Source of the DNA: a virus
Reading direction: 5' to 3' (one strand)
Length of the DNA: 64,000 bases
Virus record (IMG/VR): IMGVR_UViG_3300008110_010375
Translations under genes and position numbers: made by a program
The notes under the pieces: model-generated
What the model was told of the DNA's origin: nothing
Databases searched by the model: none
The model's input: only the letters and a program-made list of their open reading frames with translations
Shown here: piece after piece, positions 28,067 to 37,974 of the stretch
How the letters are laid out: each line of letters opens with the position of its first letter
How positions within the stretch are numbered: the stretch's first letter is position 1

Positions 28067-28494
28067 TCTATGATCTCCAGATGATCTTTCACCACTTTAA
28101 ACTTAACAACATTGTAATCAGAAAACCGATCGCCACCATACTTAAAATAATCTCGTCCGCCATCTACAAATGCTCCGTTCTTACCCTCACGAAAATCGTG
28201 GCGATACCGTGAATAGACAACCTCACCCTCAGCCTCGATCCCAGAGAACACCACGTCCTTGATGGATGGAAGTCCATCTGTGATCATCAGCGAGTCGCCC
28301 CTGAAGTATAAAGCGAAGTAGTTGGATCCCCGTGGATGAGCCTCTTCCGTATAGAAGATGGCTGCCGGTCTATTGCCCCAGTCTCCGTCTTTATACTTAA
28401 GACAAGACTCGAGAACGTACTTAGCTTTGTACTCCCTCTCGACCGTCTCGATGATTTCTTTCTTGAGAAAACTTGAATCCGTATTGATGATCAT
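28063..28494 (-). CDS. conserved phage hypothetical protein
   Basis: YSRYRHDF...FVDGGRDY motif. Confidence 0.65.
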   Translation of the reverse strand: MIINTDSSFLKKEIIETVEREYKAKYVLESCLKYKDGDWGNRPAAIFYTEEAHPRGSNYFALYFRGDSLMITDGLPSIKDVVFSGIEAEGEVVYSRYRHDFREGKNGAFVDGGRDYFKYGGDRFSDYNVVKFKVVKDHLEIIE

Positions 28495-28524
28495 GGTCTA
28501 TCCCTGTTTTAATCTCATAGTATG

Positions 28525-28552
28525 ATTATACATGAGCGGGATGAAATGTCAA
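28525..28552 (-). promoter_or_regulatory. sigma70-like promoter
   Basis: reverse strand TTGACA-16-TATAAT. Confidence 0.65.
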
Positions 28553-29179
28553 CTATATTTTTAGCCTGTTTCTGGCATGGGTGGCGATGAGTTCTGGATT
28601 ACTGGGAAGCATGGGATCATCTTTCTTATACCACCTCTCGCTCTTTTTCAATAAGAACGTGATTCCCAGCTCCTTAGCTAGCTTCTTCGCGTCGTCGATC
28701 TGATGTTCATTGAACTTCATAGGTATGAAAGTCCAAACACATTCTATCCCGCGAATCTTTGCCAGCTTAAATATCTCTAAGTTCTTATAGAAGTCCTTCT
28801 CAGTGAAGTTAACACGATAGATCCCAGCGGTCTCCTTGAATCCATCCATCGCTATGTTTAAAGCATCATTTTTAGTCATGAGCAAGAATATGCTTTTCCA
28901 CCAGTCGAGGGATTTTCCTGAACCGTTTGTGTGAATTTGGATAAAAATGTTGTTTTCTTTAGCGATCTTGACAAGCTCATAGAAGTCTGGATGGTAAATG
29001 CAGTCGCCGTACGTTCCGCCGAAGAACATGCTCCTGTACTTCTTTGATTCACAGATCTTTCTAAACTGATCCACGGGAAAATCGTAGATCTCAAGCTCCT
29101 TTCTTTCTACGAGCCTTGTCCTTATGCACTTAGGACAGGAAAGCCTGCACCTCGTAGAAAGCTCGATGTCAAGATTCAT
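28553..29179 (-). CDS. radical SAM protein, core domain only
   Basis: CxxxCxxC (CRLSCPKC), GTYGD, HTNGS, DG...YR. Confidence 0.88.
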   Translation of the reverse strand: MNLDIELSTRCRLSCPKCIRTRLVERKELEIYDFPVDQFRKICESKKYRSMFFGGTYGDCIYHPDFYELVKIAKENNIFIQIHTNGSGKSLDWWKSIFLLMTKNDALNIAMDGFKETAGIYRVNFTEKDFYKNLEIFKLAKIRGIECVWTFIPMKFNEHQIDDAKKLAKELGITFLLKKSERWYKKDDPMLPSNPELIATHARNRLKI

Positions 29180-29504
29180 GCTCTTCCAGCTCTTCCATCG
29201 TCCAGCGCATGCCCCTGCGATTCTTCATGGTTTCATGCGCCTGCAGTGAACAACGATTCTTACATACCTCTAGGTTGCTCTCGTAGCTCGTCTCTATGTG
29301 CTCGATCCAGTTCAAGAAAGAATCTTTGTCGTGAAACTCGTCGACACGCTCGTTGTTCTTTAATAGGTATTCATCCCTTGAGAATATGCTCTCCTTGAAC
29401 TCCTTCCCCATGGCCGGAAAGCTGCAGCACGGGAGCCACCTGCCCTCGGCCGAGAAGTAGCTGTGCTGCCCAAAACGGCACTTTGGGACCACCCTTTTTT
29501 CCAT
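29169..29504 (-). CDS. stand-alone SPASM/Twitch-like Fe-S domain protein
   Basis: C...YFSAEGRWLPCC...C.NRC; AGGAGG RBS before the ATG at 29504. Confidence 0.6.
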   Translation of the reverse strand: MEKRVVPKCRFGQHSYFSAEGRWLPCCSFPAMGKEFKESIFSRDEYLLKNNERVDEFHDKDSFLNWIEHIETSYESNLEVCKNRCSLQAHETMKNRRGMRWTMEELEEHES

Positions 29505-29587
29505 CTCAAGCCCTCCTGATCGAGTATTTACCCCTAACCCATTGAAAAGATTACACAATTTTTTTTCTTAAAACCGGCACTTTTCTA

Positions 29588-29627
29588 TTGACATTTTCTT
29601 AAAACTTTGATAAGATCTAGATAATGG
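29588..29627 (+). promoter_or_regulatory. early promoter, type TTGACA-N17-TAAGAT-CTAGATAATGG (copy 1 of 4)
   Basis: same motif at 48149, 48612 and 48872. Confidence 0.85.
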
Positions 29628-29645
29628 ATTGGAAAGGGTAGTCAA

Positions 29646-29756
29646 ATGTTACAGGAAATCTACGCAGTAGTCTCAGCTTATATGCTCCCGATCTCGGTGG
29701 CCGTCACGGGTCTCACGATCTCGGCGATCTACGAAATCTTCTTTATGAAGGGTTGA
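29646..29756 (+). CDS. 36-aa hydrophobic early peptide (not in the ORF track)
   Basis: MLQEIYAVVSAYMLPISVAVTGLTISAIYEIFFMKG; first gene after the promoter. Confidence 0.5.
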   Translation: MLQEIYAVVSAYMLPISVAVTGLTISAIYEIFFMKG

Positions 29757-29826
29757 ACTATGAACAAGCGCAGGTTGGTGACTCAGCGCGAAAATAACGG
29801 TGTACAATTGTACGTAAAAGTGTATA

Positions 29827-30240
29827 ATGGTAAGATTAGATCACGGAGACCCGCCAATGACGATGCACCTGCTTCCAGTATACTTCAACGACCTCAAGAC
29901 CCGTAAGAAGCCTCGCGCAGCCAAGTCGTTCGGCAGCCTCCCACGCGTCGACATGGCCAAGCTCAAGCACGCTCAGTTCATCCACAAAGTCACGGGCGGC
30001 AAGAAGGCAGACCGCGACGTGCTGCGCAGCGACTGGCTCAACGAGTACAAGAGCACCATGCAGGTCGATCGCTCCGACTACCAAAGCGCCGGCATGTCGT
30101 CGAGCTCCGCACCAAAGCCCGAGGCCAAAGTCTACACCGGCGGCAACCTCAAGGGCATCGCGACAATGCACAAGTCGAACATGGTTCCCGTCTTCAACTC
30201 ACAAGACGCCGAGGACATCTCCAAGATGCGACGAGGGTGA
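29827..30240 (+). CDS. conserved T4-like hypothetical protein
   Basis: YTG..LKGIATMHKSN.VPV motif; true start may be downstream. Confidence 0.7.
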   Translation: MVRLDHGDPPMTMHLLPVYFNDLKTRKKPRAAKSFGSLPRVDMAKLKHAQFIHKVTGGKKADRDVLRSDWLNEYKSTMQVDRSDYQSAGMSSSSAPKPEAKVYTGGNLKGIATMHKSNMVPVFNSQDAEDISKMRRG

Positions 30241-30242
30241 TT

Positions 30243-30250
30243 GATAAATA
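30243..30250 (+). promoter_or_regulatory. late promoter variant
   Basis: GATAAATA just upstream of gp3. Confidence 0.5.
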
Positions 30251-30254
30251 AAGC

Positions 30255-30815
30255 ATGGCCATAGACTTAACGACCACCATCAGTGCTGCGAACACCGGGA
30301 TGCTCTTCACGCAACCCGGTGATACGAACTTTCTGTCGCCGCTCGGCTTCAGGTTTAAGCTCAAGCGCGCCCCGAACCTCAACTTCTTCGCGACCGACGC
30401 GAACATCCCGTCTTTCGAGATCGGGTACATAAACGTGCAGACTCCGTTCAAGAAGATGGAGATCCCCGGTGATAAGCCGAGCTTCGGCGACTTCATCCTG
30501 ACGTTCAAGGTCGATGAGAACCTAGCGAACTACTTGGAGATATACGTCTGGCTCATGAAGCTCGGCTTCCCCGAGAGCTTCGAGCAGTACGCGTCGCTCA
30601 AGAACGCCGCGATAGGATCCGGCGAGGGAACCGTGTCGGACGGAACGCTCACCGTGCTCAACAGCTCGATGGCTCCGACCACCGAGGTTCAGTTCACCAA
30701 CATGTTCCCATACAGCTTGAGTGAAGTCAACTTCACCACGGCTGACACCGCCCTCAACTACGTGACCGCGAGGGTTGGATTCAAATTCAACATCATGAAG
30801 ATCGTGTCTCTCTGA
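30255..30815 (+). CDS. 3: tail completion/terminator protein gp3
   Basis: NFLSP.GF.F, ANIP, PGDK..F, F.VDE.L.NY.EIY.W. Confidence 0.85.
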   Translation: MAIDLTTTISAANTGMLFTQPGDTNFLSPLGFRFKLKRAPNLNFFATDANIPSFEIGYINVQTPFKKMEIPGDKPSFGDFILTFKVDENLANYLEIYVWLMKLGFPESFEQYASLKNAAIGSGEGTVSDGTLTVLNSSMAPTTEVQFTNMFPYSLSEVNFTTADTALNYVTARVGFKFNIMKIVSL

Positions 30816-30833
30816 CGCGAGTGAGGATACACT

Positions 30834-31268
30834 ATGAAGCTGGACGAAATCCACGCCCTGTGGTCGCAGGACTGCGACATCAATCGCATCGAGCTCGGTG
30901 AAGAAGCTCTAAAGATCCCAAAGCTGCACAGTAAATACTTACGGATGTTCTCCGACGAGAGGATGCTGCTGCGCAAGCTTGAAGAAGATCGAAGCACACT
31001 CAAGCTTCTTAAGATCGACTACTACCGCGGCGTCCTACCTGAGGAAGACTTGCGTGCGAACGGTTGGGAACCCTTCCGCTTGTCCGTACTGAAGTCCGAT
31101 TTGCCGATGTACCTTGACGCCGACCAAGACATCATTAAGATCAACCTAAAGATCTCTGTTCAGCAAGAGAAGGTCGACACTCTTGAAGCGATTATAAAAT
31201 CGATAAGCAACAGAGGATATTTGATAAAGAGTGCGATAGACTTTGAGCGGTTCAAGGTGGGTGGATAA
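30834..31268 (+). CDS. uvsY: recombination mediator UvsY
   Basis: IPKLHSKYL, YLDAD, I..R.Y.IK.AI; precedes uvsW. Confidence 0.9.
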   Translation: MKLDEIHALWSQDCDINRIELGEEALKIPKLHSKYLRMFSDERMLLRKLEEDRSTLKLLKIDYYRGVLPEEDLRANGWEPFRLSVLKSDLPMYLDADQDIIKINLKISVQQEKVDTLEAIIKSISNRGYLIKSAIDFERFKVGG

Positions 31269-32706
31269 GGTGCACCTTCGCAAGATCAATGAGACTTATC
31301 TCAGGGTCGAAGCCGAGCCGTCAGTAGTACAGGAGCTGTCGGACCAACTAACGTTTGAAGTTCCCGGCGCGAAGTTTATGCCGGCCGTCCGCAACAGGTT
31401 CTGGGATGGAAAGATTCGCCTGCTCAACGCGCTCACCGCGATCACGTACGCCGGACTGGTCGAGGAGATCAGGAAGTTCTGCAAAGCTCGCGACTACGAG
31501 TTCAGCGTCGACGACAGCTTTAAGCCAACCAAAAAGATCGACGAAGCGGAGACGATAGAGTTCCTCAAGTCTCTCAACTTAACCATGAAGCCGAGGGGCT
31601 ATCAGGTCGAAGCCTTCATGCGCGCGGTCAACAGCGACCGAGGAGTGTTCCTCTCGCCGACCGCGTCGGGCAAGTCGTTCATCATCTATCTCATCACTAG
31701 GTACTACAATGCGCGCACTCTTATCATCGTACCAACTACTTCTCTTGTTTCTCAGCTTGCCTCTGATTTTGCTGACTATGGCTTCGACTCTTCCACTAAC
31801 GTTCATAGTGTATTCTCTGGACAGGACAAACGCTCGCCTAAGCCAATCACCATCTCAACTTGGCAGAGCATATACAAACTACCTAAGGGTTATTTCGAAG
31901 ACTATGACTTGATCATAGGCGACGAGGCGCACCAGTTCAAGGCTAAGTCGCTGACTACCATCATGGAGAAGATGGAGAACACGAAGTACAGGTTCGGGTT
32001 CACCGGTACTCTCGACGGCTCGCTGACGAATGAGATCACGCTGACCGGACTCTTCGGTCCAGTCCACAGGGTAACCACCACCAAGTCCCTGATGGACGAC
32101 GGGAAGGTCGCGAAGCTCAGCATCAAGGTCATCATACTGAAGCACAAGAAGGAAGACAGGAAGCTCATCTCAAAGGCCAACTATCAGGACGAGGTGGACT
32201 GGATAGTCTCAAACCCCGTGAGAAACAAGTTTTTGAGAAACCTCACGCTCTCAGCCGAGGGCAACACACTTTTATTGTTCCAGTTTGTTGACAAACACGG
32301 TAAACTGTTGTATGATAGCATTAAGTCGAAAGATCCGAACAGAAAGGTGTTCTTCATACATGGCGGAGTCGACGCAGAAGACCGAGAGAACGTCAGAAGA
32401 ATCGTTGAGAGCGAGTCTAACGCTGTTATCGTGGCTAGCTTTGGCACCTTTTCTACCGGCATTAACATTCGCAACCTTCACAACATCGTACTTGCTTCTC
32501 CGTCAAAGTCAAGGATAAGGCTGCTGCAGTCGATAGGTCGAGGCCTTCGACTCTCAGACACCAAAGACTCGGTGACGGTGTACGACGTAGGCGACGACCT
32601 TCGCCACGGCGACAGAACCAACTACACGCTCCAGCACTTGACCGAGCGCATGGAGATCTACAACTCCGAAGACTTTGACTATAAAATATACACGGTGGAT
32701 TTATGA
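31261..32706 (+). CDS. uvsW: DNA helicase UvsW
   Basis: WDGKIRL, SPTASGKS, DEAH, GFTGTL, QSIGRGLR. Confidence 0.95.
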   Translation: MDKVHLRKINETYLRVEAEPSVVQELSDQLTFEVPGAKFMPAVRNRFWDGKIRLLNALTAITYAGLVEEIRKFCKARDYEFSVDDSFKPTKKIDEAETIEFLKSLNLTMKPRGYQVEAFMRAVNSDRGVFLSPTASGKSFIIYLITRYYNARTLIIVPTTSLVSQLASDFADYGFDSSTNVHSVFSGQDKRSPKPITISTWQSIYKLPKGYFEDYDLIIGDEAHQFKAKSLTTIMEKMENTKYRFGFTGTLDGSLTNEITLTGLFGPVHRVTTTKSLMDDGKVAKLSIKVIILKHKKEDRKLISKANYQDEVDWIVSNPVRNKFLRNLTLSAEGNTLLLFQFVDKHGKLLYDSIKSKDPNRKVFFIHGGVDAEDRENVRRIVESESNAVIVASFGTFSTGINIRNLHNIVLASPSKSRIRLLQSIGRGLRLSDTKDSVTVYDVGDDLRHGDRTNYTLQHLTERMEIYNSEDFDYKIYTVDL

Positions 32707-33269
32707 ATAAGCCAGTGCCTAAACACTACGTCGACAACAAGAAGTTCTTTACGGAGATCATACACTACAAGCAGCGCGTGCTCGAGGCCAAGGAGCGCGG
32801 CGATGAGAAGCCGCGGATCCCACCGTACATAGGTGAGTGTCTGTATAAGATCGCGTTTCGCCTGTCGCTCAAACCAAACTTCGTGAACTACACCTTTCGC
32901 GAGGACATGGTGGCCGACGGGCTTGAGAAGTGCATCGCGTACTTCGACAACTTCGATCCTGAGAAGTCGAGCAACCCGTTCGCCTACTTCACACAGATCA
33001 TCTACTACGCGTTCCTCGCGAGGATCAACGGTGAGAAGAAGCACCTATACATAAAGCAGAAGACGCTTGAGAACTTCTACTTCGAGGGTATGCTCGCTGA
33101 GCAGGGCATGGACGGCGACGAGCGCGCGGTGAACGTCGACCTCGACAACGAGTACATGAAGAACTTGGTCTCCACCTACGACAAGAAGCAGGAGGAGAAG
33201 AAGGCTAAGATCAAGGCGAAGAAGACCGCCGGCAACCTAGATAAGTACTTTGGTGAGTTACCTGAATGA
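32703..33269 (+). CDS. 55: late-transcription sigma factor gp55
   Basis: HYVDNKKF, NFVNYT.REDM..DG, NPFAYFTQI.YYAF. Confidence 0.95.
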   Translation: MNKPVPKHYVDNKKFFTEIIHYKQRVLEAKERGDEKPRIPPYIGECLYKIAFRLSLKPNFVNYTFREDMVADGLEKCIAYFDNFDPEKSSNPFAYFTQIIYYAFLARINGEKKHLYIKQKTLENFYFEGMLAEQGMDGDERAVNVDLDNEYMKNLVSTYDKKQEEKKAKIKAKKTAGNLDKYFGELPE

Positions 33270-34336
33270 AGATCGCACTTATAACGGACACACACTGGGG
33301 AATCAGAAACGATTCTCCGGTGATGCTGAGCCAGATGAAGAAGTTTTTAGATGAAGTTTTCTTTCCTACGATCGATAGTCAAGATATCTATACTGTTATC
33401 CATCTGGGGGATCTTGTTGATCGCCGCAAGTACATTAATTATGTGACGGCGAAGCGCCTGCGCGACGACTTCCTTGAGCCACTTCGCCGACGCAACATCG
33501 ACGTGCACATCATCGCCGGCAACCACGATACGTACTTCAAGAACACGAACGACATCAACAGTCTTCGTGAGCTGCTTGATCGTAAGTATCCCAACATCAA
33601 CATATACGACAACGTTGCAGCGGAGATGATCTTCGCGGATAAGACCAAGATATTCATGCTGCCGTGGATCTGCGACGAGAATCGCGATCAGTGCATGAAG
33701 GCGATCGACGAGACCAACGCCCCGATACTGATGGGGCACTTGGAGCTCAACGGATTTGAGATGTACAGGGGACAGGTGAATGAACACGGCGATGATCCTA
33801 AGATCTTTGATAAGTTCGATCTCGTATGCTCTGGGCATTATCATACTCGCTCCTCTCGCTCTAACATTCACTACCTTGGCACTCCTGCTCAATACACTTG
33901 GTCTGATTACGGAGACACTAAGGGCTTTTATGTGCTGGATACGGAAACTCGAGGGTTGACATTTATCGAAAACCCGTATAAGATATTCTTTAAGTTTCAC
34001 TACGACGACATCAACAAGCAGATGGACGAGGTCTTGGTGTTCGACGCCGCGCAGTACAAGGATACGTACGTCAAGGTGATCGTCAAGAACAAGACCAACC
34101 CGTACTGGTTCGACCTTGTGATCGATAAGATCGAGAAGTCCGGACCCGCCGACATCCAGATCGTCGAGGATCACTTCAACCTGAACCTTGAGGACGACAA
34201 CGACATCGTCAACGAGGCTGAGGACACCATCACCATCATACGCAAGTTCGTCGACTCGATGAACGTGAACACCGATAAGAAGCGCGTTGAAAACATCATC
34301 CAGTCACTATACATTGAAGCGCACGAGATAGAATGA
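33266..34336 (+). CDS. 47: recombination endonuclease gp47 (Mre11/SbcD-like)
   Basis: DTHWG, HLGDL.DRRK, GNHD, SGHYH. Confidence 0.95.
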   Translation: MKIALITDTHWGIRNDSPVMLSQMKKFLDEVFFPTIDSQDIYTVIHLGDLVDRRKYINYVTAKRLRDDFLEPLRRRNIDVHIIAGNHDTYFKNTNDINSLRELLDRKYPNINIYDNVAAEMIFADKTKIFMLPWICDENRDQCMKAIDETNAPILMGHLELNGFEMYRGQVNEHGDDPKIFDKFDLVCSGHYHTRSSRSNIHYLGTPAQYTWSDYGDTKGFYVLDTETRGLTFIENPYKIFFKFHYDDINKQMDEVLVFDAAQYKDTYVKVIVKNKTNPYWFDLVIDKIEKSGPADIQIVEDHFNLNLEDDNDIVNEAEDTITIIRKFVDSMNVNTDKKRVENIIQSLYIEAHEIE

Positions 34337-36048
34337 TCTACTTCAAAGCAATCCGTTGGAAGAACTTCTTATCAACAGGAAACGCTTTCACCGAGCTGAA
34401 GTTGAACCAGTCGGACACCACACTCATCGTAGGTGAGAACGGTGCCGGCAAGTCGACGCTGCTCGATGCATTGTCGTTTGTACTGTACAACAAGCCATTC
34501 CGCAAAGTCAACAAGTCTCAGCTGATGAACTCGATCAACAAGAAAGATACGTTGGTTGAGATCGACTTCGACATTGGGTCGAACCGATACCACATCAAGC
34601 GCGGCATGAAGCCGAACGTCTTCGAGGTTCACCAGAACGGTAAGCTGCTCAACCAAGAGGCGGCGGACCGCGACTATCAGACTGTGCTTGAGAAGCAGAT
34701 CCTAAAGCTGAATCACAAGAGCTTCTGTCAAGTCGTGGTGCTCGGCTCAGCCTCGTTCGTCCCGTTCATGGAGCTTCCCGCCGGTCAGCGGCGCGAGGTG
34801 ATCGAAGACTTGCTCGACATCCAGATATTCTCGGTGATGAACTCACTGCTCAGGGAAAAGATCTCAGGCAACAACGCCGCGATCACCAAGGTCGAGTACG
34901 AATGCGACCTGACGTCTGAGAAGATCAAGATGCAGACGCAGATCATCGAGAGCACGAAGCTTCTCAACGACACATACGTGGCGAAGCTCAAGGAAGAGCT
35001 AAATAAGAACACAGACAGGATAGAGGAGGAGCGCGATGCTGTTAAGCGACTCAGCGAGAAAGCAGTATCCCTTAAAGCCGAGATCGAAGACCAAGAGTCG
35101 ATCGGCGAGCGTCAAAAAAAGCTACAACGACTCGAGGTACAACTCGCTGATAAAGTTGCCAAACTCACGGCTGACATCGAGTTCTTTTCTTCACACGATA
35201 GCTGTCCTACATGCAAGCAGGACATTGACCATACCTTTAAGTGTGAGACTGTCGGTGATAAACAGGGCCAAGTTCAAGAAACACGGGACGCAATCGATAA
35301 ACTACAAGTGGAGATCACGCGAGTTCTTGATAGGCTACAATCCATCGCACGGGTGGCTGCTGACATTAATTCCGTGAACATCGAAGTCATCACCAAGAAC
35401 AACACGATCAGCAATTTGATCGACCAGTGCAAGTCGCTCGCGGCTAAGATCAAGGAGACTCAGGAGTACAACGATAAGCTCGTGATCGACGACGGCGTCA
35501 TGAAGGAGCTCGAGAGAACGCTCGGTAGACTCTCCGACGACAAGGCCGAGCTGCTGCGCGACAAAGACGCCCTCAACGTCGCGTCGATCATCCTCAAAGA
35601 TACCGGCATCAAGGCTAAGATCATCAAGCAGTACGTGCCGGTCATCAACCGACTCATCAACAAGTACCTGTCGGCGATGGACTTCTTCGTCAACTTCGAG
35701 ATGGATGAGAACTTCGAGGAGAAGATCAAGTCGCGATTCCGCGATGAGTTCTCATACGCATCGTTCTCAGAGGGCGAGAAGATGAGGATCAATCTGGCGA
35801 TCCTATTCACGTGGCGGGCGATCGCCAGACTCCGCAACAGCGCGTCGACGAATCTACTGATCATGGACGAGGTGCTCGACGGGTCGCTCGACTCCAACGG
35901 CACCGATGAGTTCCTCAAGATAATCAGCAACCTGACGCTCGACACCAACACCTTCATCATCAGCCACAAAGTGGATCAGATGGTGGATAAGTTCGCCAAC
36001 GTCATCAAGTTTGAGAAGCACAAGAACTTCAGTAGGATAGCGGCGTGA
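34333..36048 (+). CDS. 46: recombination ATPase gp46 (Rad50/SbcC-like)
   Basis: GENGAGKST, CPTC hook, FSEGEK, DEVLD. Confidence 0.96.
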   Translation: MIYFKAIRWKNFLSTGNAFTELKLNQSDTTLIVGENGAGKSTLLDALSFVLYNKPFRKVNKSQLMNSINKKDTLVEIDFDIGSNRYHIKRGMKPNVFEVHQNGKLLNQEAADRDYQTVLEKQILKLNHKSFCQVVVLGSASFVPFMELPAGQRREVIEDLLDIQIFSVMNSLLREKISGNNAAITKVEYECDLTSEKIKMQTQIIESTKLLNDTYVAKLKEELNKNTDRIEEERDAVKRLSEKAVSLKAEIEDQESIGERQKKLQRLEVQLADKVAKLTADIEFFSSHDSCPTCKQDIDHTFKCETVGDKQGQVQETRDAIDKLQVEITRVLDRLQSIARVAADINSVNIEVITKNNTISNLIDQCKSLAAKIKETQEYNDKLVIDDGVMKELERTLGRLSDDKAELLRDKDALNVASIILKDTGIKAKIIKQYVPVINRLINKYLSAMDFFVNFEMDENFEEKIKSRFRDEFSYASFSEGEKMRINLAILFTWRAIARLRNSASTNLLIMDEVLDGSLDSNGTDEFLKIISNLTLDTNTFIISHKVDQMVDKFANVIKFEKHKNFSRIAA

Positions 36049-36686
36049 CCAAGAAGCAATATCTTAACAACTTTCATTCAACTGAACTCGCTGATAAGAT
36101 AAAGAAACTTTACAGCTGCGAGTTGATCACACACGATCAATATATGAATATGAATCCTAGAAAAAGTTTAATTTATCAGTATTTTACTATTGACACTTTC
36201 TACTATTTGGATATGATATTTGACAATGAAGACTACGACTATTACGATATAGGTTGTGGTGATAATTTTTTTAAGAAAATTTATAGCGACAAGTTTAATG
36301 TAATAGGTATAGATACTAATGATGATGCTGATCTTCACTGTACCTTTGAAGAATTTTTGAGTAAGAATAGAAACAAAGTCGATAGAGCCTTTGCCATCAA
36401 CTCTCTGCATTTTGTACCATTTGAAAGAATAAAAGATAGAATCATAGAATACATATCAATGTTCAAGAAAGATGGTAAAGGGCTAATCACGTTCAATATA
36501 GGTATGATGAATAGGCTTAATAAAGTTCATCAGACTAAATACGTATTCGTTGAAGCGATGCAGAGTTTAAAGAATGATCTAAAAGATAAAGTCGACTTCT
36601 TCTTCGTTGAAATAAGCGATGAAGGAGCGAACGGAATCGACGGTACCACTAAGATATGCTTCAAAGTTTTAGAAGAGATTGAATGA
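36045..36686 (+). CDS. SAM-dependent methyltransferase-like protein, AT-rich
   Basis: YDIGCG, AINSLHF. Confidence 0.7.
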   Translation: MTKKQYLNNFHSTELADKIKKLYSCELITHDQYMNMNPRKSLIYQYFTIDTFYYLDMIFDNEDYDYYDIGCGDNFFKKIYSDKFNVIGIDTNDDADLHCTFEEFLSKNRNKVDRAFAINSLHFVPFERIKDRIIEYISMFKKDGKGLITFNIGMMNRLNKVHQTKYVFVEAMQSLKNDLKDKVDFFFVEISDEGANGIDGTTKICFKVLEEIE

Positions 36687-37191
36687 TATGACAGAGATCG
36701 TAAAGTTTCCTAACCCCATACTAAGGATGCCGACGCGCCAGTTCAACTTCGTCAACCCAGAAGTTGATCCACATGAGCTCGTGCAGGAGATGCTTCAAGT
36801 TATGAACGACAACAAGGGTATAGGTCTGTCGGCGAATCAGATCGGCTACAACCTACGCGTATTTGTGATGCGCGGTTTAGAACAGAACTACGCCTGCTTC
36901 AACCCAAAGATCGTGAGCTTCGGCGAAGGCACGAACGTTCTTGAAGAGGGATGCCTATCTTTTCCCGGTCTGAACGTAAAGATCAAGCGATTCAACAGCC
37001 TGCGCCTAAGGTTCCAGACCGCGTCAGGCGACGTGGATACGATCAACGTTTCAGGTCTGACGGCCCGTGTCGTGCAGCACGAGATCGACCATCTAGATGG
37101 ATACGAGTTCTTCAATCGCGCGAATAAGTTTCATCGCGACAAAGCGTTCAAGAAGCAGAAGGAATACTTAAATGGAACTAGATCAGCATAA
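36679..37191 (+). CDS. def: peptide deformylase
   Basis: GIGLSANQIG, EGCLS, QHEIDHLDG. Confidence 0.95.
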   Translation: MNDMTEIVKFPNPILRMPTRQFNFVNPEVDPHELVQEMLQVMNDNKGIGLSANQIGYNLRVFVMRGLEQNYACFNPKIVSFGEGTNVLEEGCLSFPGLNVKIKRFNSLRLRFQTASGDVDTINVSGLTARVVQHEIDHLDGYEFFNRANKFHRDKAFKKQKEYLNGTRSA

Positions 37192-37438
37192 GCGTCCTGG
37201 GTTCAGGATCAAAGACTACTTCATCAGCTTTCCGGAAGGTGAGTTTGTCCATGAAAACGACGACGGGACCATGTCATTAGATATTGACATTTTCCGTATC
37301 GATGGTAATAATAACCTTGTAGCCATGGATGAAGCCAGCAAAGACGCGGAGATCGAAGCCCTTCGGCCAGAGATCGAGGCGTGGGTAAACACAGCTCTAG
37401 AAGAAGCTATCAAGCGAGCCGAGGAAGAACATAAGTGA
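37172..37438 (+). CDS. hypothetical protein
   Basis: ORF overlapping both neighbours. Confidence 0.55.
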   Translation: MELDQHKRPGFRIKDYFISFPEGEFVHENDDGTMSLDIDIFRIDGNNNLVAMDEASKDAEIEALRPEIEAWVNTALEEAIKRAEEEHK

Positions 37439-37974
37439 ACATATTCTACATCAGTGAAGACCCGTTCGAAGCCGCCCAGATGATGGTCGACAAGCACGTG
37501 GTCAAGATGATCCTCGAGTCGGCGCAGCTTCTATCGACCGCGCACCGTCTCATCGACGGCGAGGAATTCGTCGGTCAGTCTCTCTCCGGTCGCAAAGCAA
37601 AGCGCTGGCGTCTTCCAGACTTTCGCGACGCGGTCTTATATCAAGCCACGCACATCAACCACCCGTCGGCGGTCTGGTGTCGCGAGTCCCGCGAGAACTA
37701 CAACTGGCTGTTCAGGCACTTCGCCGCGCTGATGGCCGAGTATACCCATCGCTACGGTAAGCACCACAAGTGCGAGGGTCAGCTCGCTGAGTACTTGATG
37801 CAGTCACCAAACAACATCGCCAAGGGCGGCTTGACCAAGATGCCTTCGGCCATGGCCGACGAGTACAAGATCAGCGACGACCCGTTGACAAACTACAGAA
37901 ACTATTATAAGATCGGTAAATCTAGAATGCATAGATGGACCAAACGCCAACCGCCGGAATGGATAGCAGCATGA
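37435..37974 (+). CDS. pyrimidine-dimer DNA glycosylase/endonuclease V-like protein
   Basis: MNIF...DKHVVKMILESAQLLSTAH, H.NHPSA.W, EYT.RYGK.H. Confidence 0.75.
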   Translation: MNIFYISEDPFEAAQMMVDKHVVKMILESAQLLSTAHRLIDGEEFVGQSLSGRKAKRWRLPDFRDAVLYQATHINHPSAVWCRESRENYNWLFRHFAALMAEYTHRYGKHHKCEGQLAEYLMQSPNNIAKGGLTKMPSAMADEYKISDDPLTNYRNYYKIGKSRMHRWTKRQPPEWIAA

